Source: Candidatus Multivoradales bacterium (GTDB lineage: Bacteria; Acidobacteriota; Thermoanaerobaculia; Multivoradales; JAHEKO01). From it: DNA of 64,000 bases. The stretch is from assembly GCA_965223855.1 (NCBI GenBank), contig CBDCXM010000008.1, positions 480,001-544,000 of the forward strand, written 5' to 3'. A program made the translations under genes and the position numbers. The notes below the pieces were generated by a model. That model did no database searches and had not been told where the DNA came from. It saw nothing but the letters and a program-made list of their open reading frames with translations. How positions within the stretch are numbered: the first letter of the stretch is position 1; each line of letters starts with the position of its first letter. Below are positions 58,935 through 64,000 of this stretch, piece by piece.

Positions 58935-59453
58935 CTAGTTGCGCGACGGGAACAGGCCTTGAAGGGCGATGCAGAAGTTCAAGGCCAGGCACGGTTGCAT
59001 GTTGTTGTGAGCCTGCCCTCCACCGACGGCGGAGGAATTGGCGTTGGTCATCGCCACGGCCGGCGACGACGCAACGTTGTTGTAGACGTTCGCAGCCACC
59101 GTCCCGAGGACGCGGCCGTCGGCGTTGGTCTGAGTCGCCGAGGCCGTACTCCCCTGCACCGTGTGGTTGTGCTGGGGCATCTCGCCGGCCGACAGCGTGT
59201 GGTTCTCCTCGCCGCTCTTCTGGCCCAGAGTATGAGAGGTGCCGTTGCTCGAGCCGACGTGGATCGGCGTGCGGCCGCGCAGATCGGGCAGCGCGAAGCT
59301 CGTCCGGCCGTCGCCACCGTAGGTGGTGCCCAGGAGGGAGTACAGGCTCTGGTTCTGGTTGATCGGCAGGATCTGGCCGTCACACAAGGCCCACCCGCGA
59401 GGAGCGAAGTTGAAGCCGACGATACGTACCTCGGCTAGGAAGGGCTCTGACAT
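58935..59453 (-). CDS. Phage tail-collar domain protein, paralogue 1
   Basis: Same collar motif; HNH; HNNMQP..FPSR. Confidence 0.92.
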   Translation of the reverse strand: MSEPFLAEVRIVGFNFAPRGWALCDGQILPINQNQSLYSLLGTTYGGDGRTSFALPDLRGRTPIHVGSSNGTSHTLGQKSGEENHTLSAGEMPQHNHTVQGSTASATQTNADGRVLGTVAANVYNNVASSPAVAMTNANSSAVGGGQAHNNMQPCLALNFCIALQGLFPSRN

Positions 59454-59523
59454 GGCTCTGTTCTCCTCTCTGCTTTCTGGTTGACGCTGAGCTTCTGGTT
59501 CCCGGTAGCGGCTCTATTGGTCC

Positions 59524-62500
59524 TCACGGCAGGGTTCCGTCGTGAGTCGGCTGGGTGCAGGACGCCACCGCGCCGAAGTTGGGGCTGCCGGCCGTCGTCA
59601 CGTTGCCGGCCGGAATTCCGTTGGCGCTCGCCAGGTTGGCGGCGCTCGTCTGAACGATGTTGAGATCGGCTCCGCTGTCCTCGTCGACCACCAGCGTGCC
59701 GCCGCCCGACGCCAGGGTGTTGCCCGACATGTTGAGGCAGAGCACCGACCGGCCGTTGGCGCCGACCGGGCCGTCCTCCGAATCAGCCTCGAGTTCGTCG
59801 CCGGTCCCCTGGTTCGTCAGGGTGTTACCCGTGACGGTCGCGTTGAGTGTTGCGCCCGGATTGAGAGTCGTGCCATCCGGGTTGTCCACTTCCGACTCGA
59901 GATCGATCGACTCCGACGAACTGTCGTTGTTTACGATGTTGTTGCCCGAGATCAGCGTGTTGACGTTGATCGCGTTGTTCGGGTTCGGCGGAATGTTTCG
60001 CGACTGAACCCGGAACTCGATGCCGTGCTCGGCAATCGGGTCCGTCGCCGAACCGATGTTGTTGCCCTGAATGGTGATGTTCCCGAGCACCGTCGAGTCC
60101 CGCAGGTAGAGGAAGATCGCGTCCTCGTCGAGCACATCACGGATGGTGTTGTTGGAGATGACGGCATCGACCTCGGTGGCGTTGTCGTCGCCGATGATCC
60201 GCAACGCCTGCTCGATCTCGACGTCCTCGATGAGGTTGTTGCGGAATCGCAGCCGCAGCGTCGAGTCGTCGTTGGCAACGAAGTCGGCGACGCCCACCTG
60301 CGAACTCACCGGCAGCACACCCGCCTGGGTACCGGTGTCCTGGAAGACGTTGTTCTCGATCGTCGCCCGCAGGGTCCCCGTGCCGGCCAGGAGCGACGTG
60401 AGACGCGAGACGCCCCCTTCGCAGTTGGGCAGGTTGACGCAACCGCCCGTTCCGTTGGGGTTCGAGAAGTTCTGCGTCGAGGTGAAGCAGGAGTTGCGCA
60501 GGTTGAGAGTGATCGTCGAGGAACCCTCGGGGTTCACCTGAACGCCGTCGCCGAACATCGAGTCGAACTGATTGAAGCCGGCCCCGGTGGTGCCGGTGCA
60601 GGTGGTCGAATCCGGCGTCGACGAGCCGACGACGTCGATCCGCATCACCGAGTTGCCGAGGCCATTGACGAACACCCCGTCGTTGCCGCCGAGGTTCTGG
60701 CCGATGAACAGGCTGTCCCTCACCTCGAAGAGCGTGAGGTTCGTGTTGGTGTTGACGATTCGGATGCCGTCGCCGCTTGTCTGCGAGATTCCGGTAACGA
60801 TCCCGGCGCGGAAGCCGCCGCTGCCGGTGAGGTTGACCGCGTTGATGCCGTGCTCGATGTTCCCGTCGCCGGGGCTCGTGAGATTGAGCGAAGTAGCGCT
60901 GAAGCTGTCGGTGCCGCTCAGCGAGATGCCGTGGCTGGTGGTGTTCTGGATCGTGCCGCCGGAGCCGTTTCGGGTGTTCGAGCCGTCGCCGGTGATCGTC
61001 AGGCCGCCCCCGGTGCCGGTGTTGAAGAGCACGATGCCGCTAGTGGAGCCGTTGGACGAAACCGAGCGGAAGGTCAGGCCACTCGAACCGATCGTCGTGT
61101 TGAGGATGTGGATCCCGATGCCGGTCCCCGAGTTGACCGTGTGGGTGTCCGTCGAGTCGTTCTGGACGGTGCCACCACTGGTCGCGGAGAAGCCGTAACC
61201 GGTGGTTGTGTCGAGGTCGAGCGCGCCGTTGAAACTGAACGTCACGCCGGTGTTGTTCGTAAGATCGATCGCGTTCGCAAGCGAAGTGTCCGCGTCGATC
61301 GCGACACCGATCGTCTGGGAGCCGCCGGTGTTGTTCGACGCCTGGTAGGCGGCGGAGGCGTTGGCCTGAGTGATTCCGCCACCCTCGTAGTTCACCGTCG
61401 GCGCGCTGTTGGAGACATTCACGGCAGGACCGGTCGGGCTGGTGATCGTCGTGTTGGCGAACGTGAACGTGCCGCTGCTCGAAGTCAGGATGTCGATACC
61501 GGCGTCGCCGCCGTTGAGCGTCACCGCGCCGTCGAACCTGACCGTCCCGTCGGCGTTGCTCAGCCGAATGCCCGTGCCGTTGGTCGCGCTGACGGAGCCG
61601 TTGAAGTCGACGATCGCACCCAACGGGGTGTGATTCAGGATCTCGACAACGGGGGCATTGTTCGCCTGGGTGAGGGAACCATCGAAATTGACGAAGCACT
61701 GGGCGAGGTCAATTCGGAAGGCGGCACCGGTCGGACTGGTGACGGAGACTCCGCTCCCGAAGTTGAACGTCCCACCCGAGTTGTTGATGATGTCGATCCC
61801 GGCGTCACCGCCATTCAGCGTCACCGTGCCGTTGAAGGTGTAGACCCGATCCGCGTCGCTGAACTGCAGACCGTTCCCGTTCGTCGCGTTGATCGTGCTC
61901 GAAGCGTCGAAGACGATCGGCGCGCCGGTCGTGGTGTGGTTCGAGATCGAAACCGTCGTCGCGTTGTTGGCCTGGACGATCGACCCGCTGTAGGTGAGCC
62001 CGAGGATGTCGCCCGTCAGCCCATCGACGTTGAAAGCGGTCCCGGACGGGCTTGTAATCGAGGTGCCGGTGCCGAAGGTGAAGGAGCCGGACGAACCGCC
62101 GAGGATGTCGATCCCGGCGTCGCCACCGTTGAGTGTCGTCGTGCCGTTGAAGTTGTAGGCGGCGCCGTCGGCGTCGTTGAACTGCAGGCCGGTGCCATTG
62201 GTGGCACTGATCGTTCCCGTCTGGAAAGTGACCGTGCCTGTCGTGTGGCTAGAGATGTCCACGGCAGGCGCGTTGTTCGCCTGCGAGATGTTGCCGCTGT
62301 AGGTGACGCTCGCGGTCCCGCCAGTCAACCGGAAGGCGGCGCCGGTCGTGTTCGTGATCGAGGAGGCCGCGTCGAAGTTGTAGCTGGCCGAACCTCCCGA
62401 GATGCTGACACCGAACGAGCTGCCGGTCGAAGCGTCCAGATTGTCGACGTCGATCGTCCCGGTGGCGTTGGTGAACTCGATACCACTGCTGCCGCCGTTG

Positions 62501-63999
62501 AGACCGGTGTCCGAGACCGTCACGCCGTTGCTGCCGTTGGCGACAATGGAGGTGCCGAGAGGATTGGTGACGTCCAACCCTCGCACGGTGTTGCCGCTGG
62601 CAAGCAGGATCACGTTGCCCGAGTTCGTCAGTTCGGGACGTCCTGCGACTCCGGGGAGGGTGGCCGAGAAGGTGGGCGGCGTGAGCCCGGCGCCCGTCGC
62701 CAGATCCACGCCCTGACCGATCAGGAGCTGGTTGTCCTTGAGCGTGATGCCCTGAGAGTAGTTGGTCGTAGTGCCGTCACCCTCGTAGAGGAAGATGACG
62801 TCGCCCGGGTCGTCCGACGCCGGGACCATGTCGCCGATGTTGTCGAAGGGCGCGGCCAGGGTGCCGGTCCCGCCGGCCGCCGCCGTGTTGTCGATGAACC
62901 AGATCGTGTTCGCCACCGTGACGTTCACCGTGCAGGCGGCCGAATCGCCGAAGCCGTTGCCGACCGTGTAGGTGAAGGCGTCCACCCCGGTGAAGCCGGG
63001 GCCGCTGGTGTAGTCGAAGCCGCCGTCGGTCGCCACCACCGCTGTGCCGCCGCTGGTCGGCGCGGTGTTGCCGGTGACGGTGATCTGGTCGCCGGTGTCG
63101 CCGATCAGCACGCCGCTCGTGTTCGGCACCGAGATGCCGACGTTGCCGAGCGCATCGTAGTCGTCGTCGGGCGTCAGCTCGTCGTCGCACTGCGGGCGCG
63201 TGCCGACGGCGATCGTCACCGTTGCGTCGGAGAAGCCCGCGGCGTTCTGAATCCGGTAGCCGAACATGTCGGGCCCGGTGAAGGTCGCGCTCGGCGGGGT
63301 GTAGACGAAGTTGCCGTCCGCCGACACGACGACGGTGCCGCCGTTGTCGGTCGCGGTCGCAGCGCCCGGCACGGTCTGGTCGGTCGGGCTCGCCGAGGTG
63401 CCGTAGGAGACGACGTCGGCGAGCGGGAAGCCGCGATCGTCGTTGTCCATCACCGACGGCGTGGCGTGCGCGGTGCTGTCGAGCGTCGTGTTGATCGCCG
63501 TGTGGAAAGCATCGCCGGGGCTCGAGAGCATGTCGGGCAGGTCGGCCACCGCGGTCGGCGGCGCCTGGACCTCGACGGTAACGACCGCCGTGTCGCTGCC
63601 GACCGAGTTGGTGACCTGGTACTCGAAGGTGTCGACCCCCGAGAACGTCGGCGCGCCGGTCGCGTCGTACGTGAAGGTACCGTCGCCGCTGACGTCGAAG
63701 GTCACCATGTTGCCGTTCGCGGTGGTGAGGGCGGCGCCGGGTGCGGTCGTGAGCGGCCCCCCTACCGGACCGTAGAGGTCGACGACCCCGGCGGGGATGC
63801 CGAAGTCGTCGGCGCCGCTGCCGTTGTCGGCCGCTGCGTCGAACATCGCCGATGTGTTCTGCGTGATCGTGATCGCGTCGTCCTGGAGCGCCGGCGGCAG
63901 CCCGAGAATGATCGAGGCGGTCGCACTGTCGGTCGCCGGGCTCGACGGCGGGATGCCGTTCTGGACGTCGTAGGTGAAGGTGTCGATCTCGCCCCCGGT
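59524..63999 (-). CDS. Giant surface protein (tandem Ig/cadherin-like repeats plus parallel beta-helix); 5' end outside window
   Basis: The frame stays open from 63999 (TGGEIDTFTYDV...) to TGA at 59524. DGxFxYxP...DxFxYxV repeats, then a G/N/T-rich beta-helix region. Confidence 0.9.
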   Translation of the reverse strand, partial: TGGEIDTFTYDVQNGIPPSSPATDSATASIILGLPPALQDDAITITQNTSAMFDAAADNGSGADDFGIPAGVVDLYGPVGGPLTTAPGAALTTANGNMVTFDVSGDGTFTYDATGAPTFSGVDTFEYQVTNSVGSDTAVVTVEVQAPPTAVADLPDMLSSPGDAFHTAINTTLDSTAHATPSVMDNDDRGFPLADVVSYGTSASPTDQTVPGAATATDNGGTVVVSADGNFVYTPPSATFTGPDMFGYRIQNAAGFSDATVTIAVGTRPQCDDELTPDDDYDALGNVGISVPNTSGVLIGDTGDQITVTGNTAPTSGGTAVVATDGGFDYTSGPGFTGVDAFTYTVGNGFGDSAACTVNVTVANTIWFIDNTAAAGGTGTLAAPFDNIGDMVPASDDPGDVIFLYEGDGTTTNYSQGITLKDNQLLIGQGVDLATGAGLTPPTFSATLPGVAGRPELTNSGNVILLASGNTVRGLDVTNPLGTSIVANGSNGVTVSDTGLNGGSSGIEFTNATGTIDVDNLDASTGSSFGVSISGGSASYNFDAASSITNTTGAAFRLTGGTASVTYSGNISQANNAPAVDISSHTTGTVTFQTGTISATNGTGLQFNDADGAAYNFNGTTTLNGGDAGIDILGGSSGSFTFGTGTSITSPSGTAFNVDGLTGDILGLTYSGSIVQANNATTVSISNHTTTGAPIVFDASSTINATNGNGLQFSDADRVYTFNGTVTLNGGDAGIDIINNSGGTFNFGSGVSVTSPTGAAFRIDLAQCFVNFDGSLTQANNAPVVEILNHTPLGAIVDFNGSVSATNGTGIRLSNADGTVRFDGAVTLNGGDAGIDILTSSSGTFTFANTTITSPTGPAVNVSNSAPTVNYEGGGITQANASAAYQASNNTGGSQTIGVAIDADTSLANAIDLTNNTGVTFSFNGALDLDTTTGYGFSATSGGTVQNDSTDTHTVNSGTGIGIHILNTTIGSSGLTFRSVSSNGSTSGIVLFNTGTGGGLTITGDGSNTRNGSGGTIQNTTSHGISLSGTDSFSATSLNLTSPGDGNIEHGINAVNLTGSGGFRAGIVTGISQTSGDGIRIVNTNTNLTLFEVRDSLFIGQNLGGNDGVFVNGLGNSVMRIDVVGSSTPDSTTCTGTTGAGFNQFDSMFGDGVQVNPEGSSTITLNLRNSCFTSTQNFSNPNGTGGCVNLPNCEGGVSRLTSLLAGTGTLRATIENNVFQDTGTQAGVLPVSSQVGVADFVANDDSTLRLRFRNNLIEDVEIEQALRIIGDDNATEVDAVISNNTIRDVLDEDAIFLYLRDSTVLGNITIQGNNIGSATDPIAEHGIEFRVQSRNIPPNPNNAINVNTLISGNNIVNNDSSSESIDLESEVDNPDGTTLNPGATLNATVTGNTLTNQGTGDELEADSEDGPVGANGRSVLCLNMSGNTLASGGGTLVVDEDSGADLNIVQTSAANLASANGIPAGNVTTAGSPNFGAVASCTQPTHDGTLP

Positions 64000-64000
64000 C

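Noticed and set aside
57879-59453. Prophage or tailocin
   Set aside because: Only collar-domain genes are present; no terminase, capsid, sheath, tube, baseplate, lysis or integrase genes in the window.

Overview
High-GC bacterial chromosomal segment with about 55 genes and one tRNA-Ala(CGC). The gene content (VPS10-type beta-propellers, TolB-like/M28-PDZ pair, BlaI-M56, secreted proteins with a DGFESGD tail) suggests Acidobacteriota, probably Thermoanaerobaculia; this is inference. Most of it is housekeeping and peptide scavenging (mdh, pepT, OPT, maeA, xth, nth, ggt, yajQ, pyk, rmuC, pcm, two MATEs). Most notable: (1) three unrelated kinds of secreted protein (four genes) end in the same 19-aa tail [IM]FxDGFESGDTS[AS]W[ST]xT[VI]P, and a fifth ends in PVPVELQTFTVD. 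These are candidate C-terminal sorting or docking tags of no sortase type I recognise. (2) A phage-free surface-structure operon: giant Ig-like/beta-helix protein, three tail-collar paralogues, GNAT, DUF6916-like protein and two tagged secreted proteins. (3) A three-copy palindromic element, two copies of which bracket an SDR-ALDH-AraC cassette, with a strand-specific synonymous-codon shift in the flanking host genes. (4) A covarying double-hairpin element, a candidate ~176-nt structured RNA, a conserved duplicated 5' leader, tandem CsoR and BlaI operators, and several apparently leaderless genes. Some frameshifts may be sequencing errors. No searches were run; family calls are from motif recognition.
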